A stretch of 64,000 nt of DNA, taken from assembly GCA_030390025.1 (NCBI GenBank), contig CM059438.1, forward strand, positions 56,732,001 through 56,796,000, given 5' to 3'. Numbering within the stretch: position 1 is the stretch's first letter; each line of letters opens with the position of its first letter. The notes below the pieces were generated by a model. The model did not search any database, was not told the DNA's origin, and worked only from the letters and a program-made list of their open reading frames with translations. Of this stretch, positions 12,565 through 27,285 are shown in pieces. A program made the position numbers and the translations under genes. Origin of the DNA: Squalus acanthias. Its lineage: Eukaryota.

Positions 12565-12847
12565 AGCAACACGGTGGCATAGTGGTTAGCACTGTTGCCT
12601 CACAGCGCCAGGGACCCGGGTTCGAATCCGGCCCCGGGTGACTGTGTGGAGTTTGCACATTCTCCCCGTGTCTGCGTGGGTTTCCTCCCACAGTCCAAAG
12701 ATGTGTGGGTTAAAAAAAAATTGACCCTAGTGTTAGGGGGGATTAAATAAAGTGGGGTTACGGGGATAGGGTGGGATATGTGTCGGTGCAGGGTCGATGG
12801 GCCGAAATGGCCTCTATCTGCACTGTGGGGATTCTGTGATTCTGTGA
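12565..12847 (+). mobile_element. tRNA-derived V-SINE (HE1-like)
   Basis: A box GGTGGCATAGTGG, B box GGTTCGAATCC, V-domain GTGTGGAGTTTGCACATTCTCCCCGTG, CR1-like tail. Confidence 0.85.
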
Positions 12848-12869
12848 GATGAAGGAAACCTGTTAGAAT

Positions 12870-14085
12870 ACAGCTCCCGACCTCATTACAGCCTTGGTCT
12901 AAACATGGACAAAGGAGCTGAATTCCAGAGGTGAGGTGAGATTGACTGCCCTTGACAGCATTTGACCGAGTGTGGCATGAAGGAGCCCGAGTAAAACTGA
13001 AGTCAATGGGAATCGGGGGGGGGGACTCTCCACTGGCTGGAGTCATACCTAGCACAAAGGAAGATGGTTGTGGTGATTGAAGGTCAATCATCACAGCCCC
13101 AGGACATCGCTGCAGGAGTTCCTCAGGGCAGTGTCCTAGGCCCAACCATCTTCATCAATGACCTTCCCTCCAAAATAAGGTCAGAAATGGGGATGTTCGC
13201 TGATGACTGCACAGTGTTCAGTGCCATTCACAACTCCTCAGATAATGAAGCAGTCCATGCCCGCATGCAACAAGACCTGGACGACGTTCAGGCTTGAGCT
13301 GATAAGTGGCAGGTAACATTCGCACCACACAAATGCCAGGGAATGGCTATCTCCAACAAGCGAGTCTAACCACCGCCCCTTGACATTCAATGGCATTACC
13401 ATCGCCGAATCCCCTACCATCAACATCCTGGGGGGTCATCATTGACCAGAAACTTAACTGAACCAGCCACATAAATACTGTGGCAACAAGAGCAGGTCAG
13501 AGGCTAGGTATTCTGCGGTGAGTGTCTCACCTCCTGACTCCCCAAAGCCTTTCAACCATCTACAAGGCACAAGTAAGGAGTGTGATGGAATACTCTCCAC
13601 TTGCCTGGATGAGTGCAGCTCCAACAACACTCAAGCAGCTCGACACCATCCAGGACAAAGCAGCCCACTTGATTGGCACCCCATCTACTACCTTAAACAT
13701 CCACTCCCTTCACCACTGGCGCACCGTGGCTGCAGTGTGTACCATCTACAAGATGCACTGCAGCAACTCGCCAAGGCTTCTTCGGCAGCACCTCCCAAAC
13801 ACGCGACCTCTTCCACCTAGAAGGACAAGGGCAGCAGGCGCATGGGAACACCATCACCTCCAAGTTACACACCATCCTGACTTAGAAGTATATCGCCGAT
13901 CCTTCATCGTCGCTGGGTCAAAATCCTGGAACTCCCTCCCTAACAGCACTGTGGGAGTAGCTTCACCACACAGACTGCAGCGGTTCAAGGCGGCGGCTCA
14001 CCACCACCTTCTCAAGGGCAATTAGGGATGGGCAATAAATGCTGGCCTTGCCAGCGACGCCCACATCCCATAAATAAATTGAAAA
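12870..14085 (+). mobile_element. CR1/L2-group LINE RT 3' part; related tails at ~20295-20430, 35735-36097, 62708-62836, 63790-64000
   Basis: [26 protein letters not shown]; tail CCACCACCTTCTCAAGGGCAATTAGGGATGGGCAATAAATGC. Confidence 0.85.
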
Positions 14086-14667
14086 AAAATTAAAGCGGCA
14101 GCTGGGAAACTTGGAATATAACTCCAAGTGACACTTCACCACGACAGGGACATTCCTGCCGTCAGTGAGCTGACGTGACAACTCACTCAAACAAAATTAA
14201 AGTATGTCCATACAAGAGTCTCCATCTGCTCCAATAACACCCATGAGAACAGGATTCACTGTTCCACAGCCAGGAGGGCAACACCTCTGTAGATGAGCTC
14301 TTCCCCCACGCCCCCCCGGACTAACACACTCGCTCTCCCCACCGCCCTACGCCATGCAGCGTGCTAATGATATCAGTGGGGCAAGTGATGGGAGGAGTTC
14401 CAGAGCCCGATAGTCCTGGACTAATTAGATACACCCGTTCATGTACACGATGTATATCAGGCAGAACTTCCAGCAGGCATTGACTGACTTAGGCATTAAA
14501 AAGGCCATTTGGATAAGGTAATGGATGTTGTCGGTGCCAGTGGAACCAACACCTCAGTCTGAGTTCCTCAGCACAGGTGCGATGGGCCAAACGGTCTCCT
14601 TCTGTGATTCTATGAATCAGTATCCTCAGGAGCAGAGGGAATAAAATTACTGAAGAAAAAACTCTTC

Positions 14668-17600
14668 AACCCCATCCCACCGTCAGCCGAGGGATCCCAG
14701 ACCCTATAAACCCAGCCCACCGTCAGCCGAGGGGTCCCAGACCCTATAAACCCAGCCCATCACCAGCCGAGGAGTCCCAGACCCTATAAACCCAGCCCAT
14801 CACCAGCGGAGGAGTCCCAGACCCTATAAACCCAGCCCATCACCAGCCGAGGAATCCCAGACCCTATAAACCCAGCCCATCACCAGCCGAGGAGTCCCAG
14901 ACCCTATAAACCCAGCCCATCAGCCGAGGGATCCCAGACCACCATCAGCCGAGGGGTCCCAGACCCTATAAACCCAGCCCACCGTCAGCCGAGGGGTCCC
15001 AGACCCTATAAACCCAGCCCACCATCAGCCGAGGAGTCCCAGACCCTATAAACCCAGCCCACCATCAGCCGAGGAGTCCCAGACCCTATAAACCCAGCCC
15101 ACCGTCAGCCGAGGAGTCCCAGACCCTATAAACCCAGCCCACCATCAGCCGAGGAGTCCCAGACCCTATAAACCCAGCCCGTCAGCCGAGGGATCCCAGA
15201 CCCTATAAACCCAGCCCACCGTCAGCCGAGGGGTCCCAGACCCTATAAACCCAGCCCATCACCAGCCGAGGAGTCCCAGACCCTATAAACCCAGCCCATC
15301 ACCAGCCGAGGAATCCCAGACCCTATAAACCCAGCCCATCACCAGCCGAGGAGTCCCAGACCCTATAAACCCAGCCCATCAGCCGAGGGATCCCAGACCA
15401 CCATCAGCCGAGGGGTCCCAGACCCTATAAACCCAGCCCACCGTCAGCCGAGGGGTCCCAGACCCTATAAACCCAGCCCACCATCAGCCGAGGAGTCCCA
15501 GACCCTATAAACCCAGCCCACCATCAGCCGAGGAGTCCCAGACCCTATAAACCCAGCCCACCATCAGCCGAGGAGTCCCAGACCCTATAAACCCAGCCCA
15601 CCGTCAGCCGAGGAGTCCCAGACCCTATAAACCCAGCCCACCATCAGCCGAGGAGTCCCAGACCCTATAAACCCAGCCCGTCAGCCGAGGGATCCCAGAC
15701 CCTATAAACCCAGCCCACCATCAGCCGAGGGGTCCCAGACCCTATAAACCCAGCCCATCATCAGCCGAGGAGTCCCAGACCCTATAAACCCAGCCCACCA
15801 TCAGCCGAGGAGTCCCAGACCCTATAAACCCAGCCCACCGTCAGCCGAGGAGTCCCAGACCCTATAAACCCAGCCCACCATCAGCCGGGGAGTCCCAGAC
15901 CCCATAAACCCAGCCCACCGTCAGCCGAGGGGTCCCAGACCCTATAAACCCAGCCCACCATCAGCCGAGGAGTCCCAGACCCGATAAATCCAGCCCACCA
16001 TCAGCCGAGGGGTCCCAGACCCTATAAACCCAGCCCACCATCAGCCGAGGGGTCCCAGACCCTATAAACCCAGCCCACCATCAGCCGAGGAGTCCCAGAC
16101 CCTATAAACCCAGCCCACCATCAGCCGAGGAGTCCCAGACCCTATAAACCCAGCCCACCATCAGCCGAGGAGTCCCAGACCCTATAAACCCAGCCCGTCA
16201 GCCGAGGGATCCCAGACCCTATAAACCCAGCCCACCATCAGCCGAGGAGTCCCAGACCCTATAAACCCAGCCCGTCACCAGCGGAGGAGTCCCAGACCCT
16301 ATAAACCCAGCCCATCACCAGCCGAGGAATCCCAGACCCTATAAACCCAGCCCATCACCAGCCGAGGAGTCCCAGACCCTATAAACCCAGCCCATCAGCC
16401 GAGGGATCCCAGACCACCATCAGCCGAGGGGTCCCAGACCCTATAAACCCAGCCCACCGTCAGCCGAGGGGTCCCAGACCCTATAGACCCAGCCCACCAT
16501 CAGCCGAGGAGTCCCAGACCCTATAAACCCAGCCCACCATCAGCCGAGGAGTCCCAGACCCTATAAACCCAGCCCACCATCAGCCGAGGAGTCCCAGACC
16601 CTATAAACCCAGCCCACCGTCAGCCGAGGGGTCCCAGACCCTATAAACCCAGCCCACCATCAGCCGAGGGGTCCCAGACCCTATAAACCCAGCCCACCAT
16701 CAGCCGAGGAGTCCCAGACCCTATAAACCCAGCCCACCATCAGCCGAGGAGTCCCAGACCCTATAAACCCAGCCCACCATCAGCCGAGGAGTCCCAGACC
16801 CTATAAACCCAGCCCGTCAGCCGAGGGATCCCAGACCCTATAAACCCAGCCCACCATCAGCCGAGGAGTCCCAGACCCTATAAACCCAGCCCGTCACCAG
16901 CGGAGGAGTCCCAGACCCTATAAACCCAGCCCATCACCAGCCGAGGAATCCCAGACCCTATAAACCCAGCCCATCACCAGCCGAGGAGTCCCAGACCCTA
17001 TAAACCCAGCCCATCAGCCGAGGGATCCCAGACCACCATCAGCCGAGGGGTCCCAGACCCTATAAACCCAGCCCACCGTCAGCCGAGGGGTCCCAGACCC
17101 GAAAGACCCAGCCCACCATCAGCCGAGGAGTCCCAGACCCTATAAACCCAGCCCACCATCAGCCGAGGAGTCCCAGACCCTATAAACCCAGCCCACCATC
17201 AGCCGAGGAGTCCCAGACCCTATAAACCCAGCCCACCATCAGCCGAGGAGTCCCAGACCCTATAAACCCAGCCCGTCAGCCGAGGGATCCCAGACCCTAT
17301 AAACCCAGCCCACCATCAGCCGAAGGGTCCCAGACCCTATAAACCCAGCCCATCATCAGCCGAGGAGTCCCAGACCCTATAAACCCAGCCCACCATCAGC
17401 CAAGGAGTCCCAGACCCTATAAACCCAGCCCACCGTCAGCCGAGGAGTCCCAGACCCTATAAACCCAGCCCACCATCAGCCGAGGAGTCCCAGACCCTAT
17501 AAACCCAGCCCACCGTCAGCCGAGGGGTCCCAGACCCTATAAACCCAGCCCACCATCAGCCGAGGAGTCCCAGACCCGATAAACCCAGCCCACCATCAGC

Positions 17601-18316
17601 CGAGGGGTCCCAGACCTTATAAACCCAGCCCACCATCAGCCGAGGGGGTCCCAGACCCGATAAACCCAGCCCGTCAGCCGAGGGATCCCAGACCCTATAA
17701 ACCCAGCCCACCATCAGCCGAGGGGTCCCAGACCCTATAAACCCAGCCCACCATCAGCCGAGGAGTCCCAGACCCTATAAACCCAGCCCACCATCAGCCG
17801 AGGAGTCCCAGACCCTATAAACCCAGCCCACCATCAGCCGAGGAGTCCCAGACCCTATAAACCCAGCCCACCATCAGCCGAGGAGTCCCAGACCCTATAA
17901 ACCCAGCCCGTCAGCCGAGGGATCCCAGACCCTATAAACCCAGCCCACCATCAGCCGAGGAGTCCCAGACCCTATAAACCCAGCCCGTCAGCCGAGGGAT
18001 CCCAGACCGTCAGCCGAGGGATCCCAGACCCTATAAACCCAGCCCACCATCAGCCGAGGAGTCCCAGACCCTATAAACCCAGCCCATCATCAGCCGAGGG
18101 GTCCCAGACCCTATAAACCCAGCCCACCATCAGCCGAGGGATCCCAGACCCTATAAACCCAGCCCACCATCAGCCGAGGAGTCCCAGACCCTATAAACCC
18201 AGCCCACCATCAGCCGAGGAGTCCCAGACCCTATAAACCCAGCCCGTCAGCCGAGGGGTCCCAGACCCTATAAACCCAGCCCGTCAGCCGAGGAGTCCCA
18301 GACCCTATAAACCCAG
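14668..18316. repeat. 40-bp (37-bp variant) minisatellite, ~90 units
   Basis: Unit GACCCTATAAACCCAGCCCACCATCAGCCGAGGAGTCCCA. Confidence 0.98.
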
Positions 18317-18323
18317 TTTGCTA

Positions 18324-18524
<201 letters not shown>

Positions 18525-19056
18525 TCATGCCCCAACTGTGCACAATCCCAATAACCAGCGAGACCGGGCAAGCCATGGATCACTGCCCACAATCCCAATA
18601 ACCAGAGAGAGAGAGAGAGAGAGCGCGCGCCATGGATCACTGCCCACAATCAGTTACCTTCACCTTTATCACACGACGGGACACATCATCACTTGCACTC
18701 TATCCTGGAAAGCCCTCCTCTGGCTAGGACCAGCACACCATTACACACCCATTTCCACAGCTCAGCACATCGATCCTATAATTTATTTGTTCTTGTCGGG
18801 AGACCTTGGCACGGTATATTACTGCCCACCCCTAGCTGCCCCAAAAGATGGTGGTGGGCCTTTGGCAATTGTTTTTACAACAGAGTAGTTTGTTTACTTC
18901 AGAGGGCATTAGGAGTCACTGTGCAGAAGTGACTGGCAGCAGATTTCCTTCATTTGTGAACAATGTGGCTACATTTGTGCTCATTCTTTTTCCAGATTTA
19001 TTCAATTCAATTTCACAACTTGCCATGGTGAGATTTAAACTCATGACCTTCAGGTT

Positions 19057-20135
19057 GCCAGTCCAGAACCCCAACCCCAACGTACCCAGTCCAGAACCAC
19101 AACCCCAACCCCAGCGTAGCCAGTCCAGAACCACAACCCCAGTGTAGCCAGTCCAGAACCACAACCCCAACGTAGCCGGTCCAGAACCCCAACCCCAGCG
19201 CACCCGGTCCAGAACCAGAACCCCAACCCCAACGTAGCCGGTCCAGAACCCCAACCCCAGCGTACCCAGTCCAGAACCACAACCCCAACCCCAGCGCACC
19301 CAGTCCAGAACCACAACCCCAACCCCAACGTAGCCGGTCCAGAACCCCAACCCCAGCGTACCCAGTCCAGAACCACAACCCCAACCCCAACGCAGCCGGT
19401 CCAGAACCACATCCCCAACCCCAGCATAGCCAGTCCAGAACCACAACCCCAACCCCAGTGTAGCCAGTCCAGAACCCCAACCCCAGCGCACCCGGTCGAG
19501 AACCCCAACCCCAGCGCACCCGGTCCAGAACCCCAACCCAGGCGCAGCCGGTCCAGAACCCCAACCCCGGCGTAGCCGGTCCAGAACCACAACCCCAACG
19601 TAGCCAGTCCAGAACCCCAACCCCAGCGCACCCGGTCGAGAACCCCAACCCCAGCGCACCCGGTCGAGAACCCCAACCCCAGCGCACCCGGTCGAGAACC
19701 CCAACCCCGGCGCACCCGGTCCAGAACCCCAACCCAGGCGCAGCCGGTCCAGAACCACAACCCCGGCGTAGCCGGTCCAGAACCCCAACCCCGGCGCACC
19801 CGGTCCAGAACCCCAACCCAGGCGCAGCCGGTCCAGAACCACAACCCCGGCGTAGCCGGTCCAGAACCCCAACCCCGGCGTAGCCGGTCCAGAACCACAA
19901 CCCCGGCGTACCCGGTCCAGAACCCCAACCCCGGCGTAGCCGGTCCAGAACCACAACCCCGGCGCAGCCAGTCCACAACCCCAACCCCAGCGTAGCCAGT
20001 CCAGAACCACAACCCCAACCCCAGCGTAGCCAGTCCAGAACCACAACCCCAACCCCAGCATAGCCAGTCCAGAACCCCAACCCCAGCGTACCCAGTCCAC
20101 AACCCCAACCCCAGCGTAGCCAGTCCAGAACCACA
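19057..20135. repeat. 28/34-bp composite minisatellite containing CCCCAA hexamers
   Basis: CCAGAACC(ACAA)CCCCAACCCCAGCGTAGCCGGT variants. Confidence 0.95.
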
Positions 20136-20547
20136 CACCAGCCTAACTATCTGTATGTATATAACCTGGCAAACATCCAGAAAACCCAACTACAATTCAC
20201 ACTGTAACCTTCCCCAACACAGATACAACCACACACCCTGCACCCCAAAACCCCCTCTACAGCCACACATACTGCCATATCCTTGCAACTATTTAAAAAA
20301 TTGATTCTCGGGCTGCAGGTGTCGCTAGCAAGGCCGGCATTTATTGCCCATCTCTGCTTGCCCAGAGAAGGTGGCAGTGGGAGCTTGTTCTCGCACCGCT
20401 GCAGTCTGTGTGGTGAAGGTGCTCCCAGTGGTGTTAACTTGGCACTGCTGGCACAGAGATAGCAGGACTCCTCTCCACACACGCTCACATTCTGCCCTAG
20501 ACAGAGAACTCTAACTTTGAAACTCATCTCGTGTGTTGACTGCTCTA

Positions 20548-20688
<141 letters not shown>

Positions 20689-20946
20689 CTACAGCCGCAA
20701 ACAGGCCATTCAGCCCAACAGGTCTATGCAAGGTTTACAGTCCACACAAGGTTCCTCCCACTCTAATCACCTCTTCCCAGCCTGCCCCCGTATCCCTGTA
20801 TTTAATCGTCCTTCATGTATGCATCAAGCCTACTCTTAAAAATCGCAATGCTATCTGCTTCACCCAGCCCATGTGGCAGCAAGTTCTACATTCATACTTT
20901 CTCTGTGTAAGGAAATTCCTCCTAAATTCTTTATTTAAACTCCCAT

Positions 20947-21890
20947 GCTACACCCACCCACGGCCCGCGCTACACCCACCCACGGCCCGCGCTACACCCA
21001 CCCGCCCACCCACGCCCGGCCCGTGCTACACCCACCCGCCCCGCCCCGGCCCGCGCTACACCCACCCGCCCACCCCCGGCCCACGCTACACACACCCACG
21101 CCCGGCCCGTGCTACACCCACCCGCCCCGCCCCGGCCCGCGCTACACCCACCCGCCCACCCCCGGCCCACGCTACACACACACACACCCACCCACGCCCG
21201 GCCCGTGCTACACCCACCCGCCTCCCCCCCCCCCCCCCCGCGCTACACACACACACACACCCCCCCCCCCCGCGCTACACACACACACACACACACACAC
21301 ACACCCCCCGCGCTACACACACACACACACACACCCCCCCCCCGCGCTACACACACACACACACACCCCCCCCCGCGCTACACACACACACACACACACC
21401 CCCCCCGCGCTACACACACACACACACAGCCCCCCCGCGCTACACACACACACACACACACACACACCCCCCCCCCCCAAGCTACACACACACACACACA
21501 CACACAAACACACCCCCCCCCCCCCCCAAGCTACACCCACCCACACACACACGGTCCACGCTACCACCCACCCACACACACGGTCCACGCTACACCCACC
21601 CACACACACACGGTCCACGCTACACCCACCCACACACACACGGTCCACGCTACACCCACCCACACACACACGGTCCACGCTACACCCACCCACACACACA
21701 CGGTCCACGCTACACCCACCCACACACACACGCGGTCCACGCTACACCCACCCACACACACGGTCCACGCTACACCCACCCACACACACACGGTCCACGC
21801 TACACCCACCCACACACACACGGTCCACGCTACACCCACCCACACACACGGTCCACGCTACACCCACCAACTCACCCACACCCGCCCACA
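20947..21890. repeat. C/CA-rich compound repeat grading into a 30-bp unit
   Basis: GCTACAC core throughout; the final part is CGGTCCACGCTACACCCACCCACACACACA. Confidence 0.95.
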
Positions 21891-22035
21891 GCCACTTTCC
21901 TCATCTTCCAGTATTAACAGGGGAAGCAGAGGTTAGTGTTTAGTGGAAAGCAGCACATTTATTGCTAAAACACTTCGCACATCGTTCCTGTTACAGCCAG
22001 AATCAGTGAAACAGATTCAAACCGCTGGAACTCAC

Positions 22036-22091
22036 CGGAAAGGTCCGTAGAAACAGGAAGCAAACTTTGCACTGTAGCTCATCAGTGAGAC
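22036..22091 (-). CDS. ALAD: ALAD coding exon 7
   Basis: VSLMSYSAKFASCFYGPF; active-site Lys in YSAKF; 56 nt. Confidence 0.98.
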
Positions 22092-22209
22092 CTACGGAGA
22101 AACATCACACAGCAGTGTTAAAGATCCAACACAATTCTCAGTTTTTAAGTTTTGGTCCCCGTCCCGATCAACCCCCCCCCCCCGCCCGTCCTCCCTTCCC
22201 TACGTCCTA

Positions 22210-23985
22210 TAAAAAGTGAGTCTGGGGAATTAATAATGGAAAATAAGGAGATGGCAGTTGAATTGAACAGGTATTTTGCATCGGTCTTCACTATAGAGGA
22301 TACAAGTAACATCCCAGAAATAGCTGTAAATCAGGAAATGGAAGGGAGGGAGGAACGCAAGAAACTTAGAATCACCAGGGAAGTGGTACTGAGCAAATTG
22401 TTGGAGCTGCGGGCTGACAAGTCCCCGGGTCCTGATGGACTTCATCCTAGGGTCTTGAAAGAAGTGGCTAGTGAGATAGTTGATGCGTTGGTTTTAATTT
22501 TCCAAAATTCCCTAGATTCGGGGAAGGTTCCATTAGATTGGAAAATAGCGAATGTAACTCCTTTATTCAAAAAGGGAGGGAGACAGAAAGCAGGAAACTA
22601 CAGGCCAGTTAGCTTAACATCTGTCATAGGGAAGATGTTAGAAGCTATTATTAAAGATGTTATAGCAGGGCACTTAGAAAAGTTCAAAGTAATCAGGCAG
22701 AGTCAACATGGTTTTGTTCAAGGGAAATCATATTTAACCAATTTATTGGAGTTCTTTGAGGAAGTAACATGTGCTGTGGATAAAGGGGAACCGGTGGATG
22801 TACTGTACTTAGATTTCCAGAAGGCATTTCATAAGGTGCCACATCAAAGGTTATTGTGGAAAATAAAAGCTCATGGTGTAGGGGGTAACATATTGGCATG
22901 GATAGAAGATTGGCTAGCTAACAGGAAACAGAGTAGGCATAAATGGGTCATTTTCTCATTGGCAAGATGTAACGAGTGGAGTGCCACAGGGATCAGTACT
23001 GGGGCCTCAACTTTTTACAATTTATATAAATGACTTGGATGAAGGGACCGAAGGTATGGTTGCTAAATTTGCTGATGACACAAAGATAGGTAGGAAAGTA
23101 AATTGTGAAGAGGTCATAAGGAGGCTACAAAGGGATATAGATAGGTTAAGTGAGTGGGCAAAGATCTAGCAAATGGAGTATAATGTGGGAAAATGTGAAG
23201 TTGTCCATTTTGGCAGGAAGAATAAAAAAGCATATTATCTAAATGGTGAGAGATTGCAGAGCTCCGAGATGCAGAGGGATCTGGGTGTCTTAGTGCATGA
23301 ATCGTAAAAGGTTACTATGCAGGTACAGCAAGTAATTAGGAAAGCTAATAGAATGTTATCGTTTATTGCGAGGGGAATTGAATACAAAAGTAGGGAGGTT
23401 ATGCTTCAGTTATACAGGGCATTGGTGAGACCACATCTGGAGTACTGTGTACAGTATTGGTCTCCTTATTTAAGGAAGGATGTAAATGCGTTGGAAGCAG
23501 TTCAGAGAAGGTTTACTAGACTAATACCTGGAATGGGCGGGTTGTCTTATGAGGAAAGGTTGGACAGGCTAGGCTTGTATCTGCTGGAGTTTAGAAGAAT
23601 AAGAGGTGACTTGATTGAAACATATAAGATCCTGAGGGGTCTGGACAGGGTGGATGTGGAGAGGATGTTTCCTCTTGTGGGAGAATCTAGAACTAGGGGT
23701 CACTGTTTAAAAATAAGGGGTCGCCCATTTAAGACAGAGATGAGGAGAAATTTTTTCTCAGAGGGTCGTGAGTCTTTGGAACTCTCTTCCTTAGAGGGCG
23801 GTGGAAGCAGAGTCTTTGAATATTTTTAAGGCAGAGGTAGATAGATTCTTGGTAAGCAAGGGGGTGAAAAGTTATCGGGGGTAGGCGGGAATGTGGAGTA
23901 ATCAGATCAGCCATGATCTTCTTGAATGGTGGAGCAGGCTCGAAGGGCCGAGTGGCCTACTCCTGCTCCTAATTCGTATGTTCGT
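22210..23985 (+). mobile_element. 5'-truncated CR1 (RT, frameshifted)
   Basis: ORFs 22152, 22981 and 23317 are successive RT pieces; 3' tail ending TTCGTATG. Confidence 0.92.
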
Positions 23986-24543
23986 ATCCCAATCGCCCAC
24001 ACCCCCCGTCCCCATCGACCACCCCTGCCCCATCGGTGTGGTAATGAAGCACACAAAACAGAAGGCCGCAGGTTGGATTCTCGGCCTGTGCCGAGCTGTG
24101 TTCTCAGCCGGAGCCATGGTTAGGGCCTTAACACTGGGCTCAGTGCCACTGGGCTAGGACGGGGGCAAATTGGCCAGAATTGGCATCTCTGATCAGCACC
24201 TGGCTTTGTTGGAACGTGTACTGATGTGAACAATGGTTAACAAGGTACAGCTTGGCTGTGGTTGCCTCCATGGTTTAATAACCTGGGGACAGTTTGAGAA
24301 TCCATGGTCACTTCAGTGACATACTGAAGGGCCATATAACTGTACCTCAGCAAGAATCAACATGTTCAGGAGAGGAGGAGAGAGCTGGAAATGGAAGAAC
24401 CAACACCACAAATCAACAAAAATAAATCCTCGCGTTTGGAATTTGCACCTCTCCAGAGGAATGTCAGAATAAGAGGTAACTGATAACTGATGTATACGCA
24501 GCTCAGACCTTGCGCCACTGAACTCCACCTCGAGCAGCTTTAC

Positions 24544-24632
24544 CTTGCTTCCCAGATCATTGGAGATGAGAGCCTGTTTTATCGATCCAACTCGGCCATC
24601 CATCATATCTGAAGGAGCTACAATATGGCATC
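24544..24632 (-). CDS. ALAD: ALAD coding exon 6
   Basis: CHIVAPSDMMDGRVGSIKQALISNDLGSK; APSDMMDGR signature; 89 nt. Confidence 0.97.
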
Positions 24633-27184
24633 CTGAAACAAGACCGATTGTAAATCCTTAGTCCTCACTGGGACATTCTGGCCCAAAAAGTCTCTCACAA
24701 TTAAGAACTTTCTCGCCTGAGGGGAAACTCAAACAGACATTGCAATCCAACCTTAGCATCATTGTTAAACAACACGGATATCGAGGCTGCCTCGGGCAGT
24801 CAGGAAGGAATGTGCACACAATTGGTGCATTAGATCTTCATCCAAGTTCACACAGTCCAATTAAAATGTTTTGATAACTGGGCTTCTCTATCCAACGGAA
24901 CACGTGTTGAGTTTATTTGGTGTGCTCAGTGAACAATGGGAATTAGTGCAATGGACTGATGCCCATTGAGAACTGGATTGAGACTGTCCAATCTCATTAC
25001 GCTGATGACATTCACCTGTCCCGTCTGGGACTGGCGCTTGCCTAGTTCCCAGCATGCTGTGTCAGCTCATCAGAATCAGGAGATCTTCATCCCTGCTTCG
25101 TACAGGATTCAAGCCCAGGCCCAAGATGTCAAAGGCCATGGTCTTGTGATGCCCGGTCCCTCATCAGAGCGAGGAGACGCTGACCTTCCCTGTCTGGGCT
25201 GGAGTGTAACAGAGGTGAAGGGACATTGTTCCCTGTACAGAACTGGAATATTTAGCCTGTTGTCATACGAGTATGTAAAACCTCACAGTAACTTTAACCG
25301 CCTTCTCTTGTTTTACGATTAATGATGTTTGTTACCACAAAATCCTTTCTGTTGTTTAACTGAACTACACAGTAAACACCACCTAGAATGAGCAAGATCA
25401 CTATCTCTGGAGCCTCCTCAGCCCCACAACCCCGAGATATCTGCGCTCCTCTAATTCTGGCCTCTTGAGCATCTCTGATTTGAATCGCTCCACCACTGGC
25501 GGCCGTGCCTTCAGCTGCCTGGGCCCGAAGCTCCGGAATTCCCTCCCTAAATCTCTCCGCCTTGCTACTTCTCTTTCCTCCTTTAAGATGCTCCGTAAAA
25601 CCTACTTCTTTGACCAAGCTTTTGGTCACCTGCCCCAACATCTCCTTATATGGCTCGGTGTCACTCCTGTGAAGCTCCTTGGGGGCGTTTTATTGCGTTA
25701 AAGGTACTATATAAATACAAGCTGTTGTTGTCGTCACGATGGGTTTCAGGAGATCTCTACAGACGAGCAGCTTCCTGGTACAGATCCCAGTCTGACACCA
25801 ATTTCAGTCCTGCCGTAAAAGGTTAACCGGGTCTTAGATTTTACTGTCTGCCACTTACTGTTTCTGTATCATCAGACTTTCAAGTGCTCGGCCCCAAGAT
25901 GTGGCGTTCCCTCCCTAAAGCTCGCTGCCTCTCCTTGAAAATGCTCCATAAAACCTACCTCTTTGACCAAGCTTTTGGACATCTGCCCCAATATCTCATG
26001 TGGCTCGGTATCAAATTTTGTTTGATAATCGCTCCTGTGCAGCGCCTTAGGATGTTTTACTATGTTAAAGGCGCTATATAAATACAAGTTGTTGTTGGTG
26101 TTCGTGTCCCTCCGAGTGTTCTCTATCCTGGGTGTAGACCAGTCACCTCCCATTAACAGACCATGTTTTAACTCGCAGAATTGCTCGGTTTCAGATTCTC
26201 TTGCCTCCTTAATACAAGCTTGTGTCTACATTCAGACAGCCATGGGACAGCGGTGTAGATGATGCACGGCACCAACTAGACCACAAGGAGCCTTTGGGTG
26301 GGGACGGACACATCAACTGAGTTAAACACATTGCAGATTTTTCTCTTCCTCACTAAAAACCCACAATGGAAGCAAGTGTACGGCACATCCTAATGAACAC
26401 AACATTCACAATTCATATTTCCGGCATTTTTCATGAACTTTGTTTTTGTGTTCAACAAGGTGCCAGAGAACTGAATGAAATAATTGCTGATTTAGGAGCT
26501 TCACCAGCCACTGAAACAGGACGTGGGACAGGACAGGACAGGACGAGTCAAGTGTGTCCTTCAGAGTTCGACTGAGCCTCATCCCAACCTCTGCAGCAGA
26601 ATCAGACACAGGGACCTCGACTGTGCTTAATCCTGGGAGCAGGCAGATAGGCCAAGCATTGAGATCTTCACAATGGGAATGTTTTTAATATTCTTCAGTT
26701 GGGAATTTTGATTCAGTTGAGGTCAGTGTTTGGGAACTGGCTGATTTTTCCATTGTTTTGCCTCAGTTGTCCGTATCAAGCACAAAAGTAGATAACAGGC
26801 GAGATTCAGGGCAAAGCTCCCTCTGAACCAACCCAACAGTGAGCCTCACTCACCACCTGATGTCCCCTCTGCCAATTCCATTCCTCATGCCAGCCACTGG
26901 GTCAACACTGGTAAAGCTCATTTCATGTGTAGACAAGGTGAACTTTCACCCCCGTGAGCTGGGCCCACAGCATGCCCAACAGTCAGCTCGATCACATGAT
27001 GCTTGTGTGATTGGGACGGTCACTTTGACTTGCATTTTTTTTGGCTGTGAATAGGCTAACTTCTGCGTAATAAAGCAGGGATTTCCTGGTCTCCCTGGTC
27101 TCCCTGCCCCCCCCGAAGCAGGCTGTGTGTTATTATAAAAGTACAGCTTTTGGAGAGCTCATTGCTCCCGGTTTCTGCACTCAC

Positions 27185-27268
27185 CTGCCTTGGCATAGGC
27201 CAGTGCCACCTCTGCCAGTCTCTGGCAGCTTGCTTCATTGTTCAATGTCCCATCCTTCCGGAGTATTC
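27185..27268 (-). CDS. ALAD: ALAD coding exon 5
   Basis: ILRKDGTLNNEASCQRLAEVALAYAKA; 84 nt; AG/GT. Confidence 0.97.
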
Positions 27269-27285
27269 CTAGAACAAACAAACCA

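Noticed and set aside
12565..12640. tRNA gene (also at 51640-51712 and 57741-57810)
   Set aside because: The A/B boxes continue into SINE bodies; no complete cloverleaf or Pol III terminator
10298..18316. CRISPR-like regular 29-40-bp repeats
   Set aside because: Head-to-tail units with no unique spacers, no cas genes, and a vertebrate intron context
14668..18316. About 90 TATAAA boxes
   Set aside because: Part of the repeat unit and antisense within an intron; no other evidence of promoter function
19057..20135. Interstitial telomere
   Set aside because: The hexamer is TTGGGG in short runs within a larger unit, not vertebrate TTAGGG
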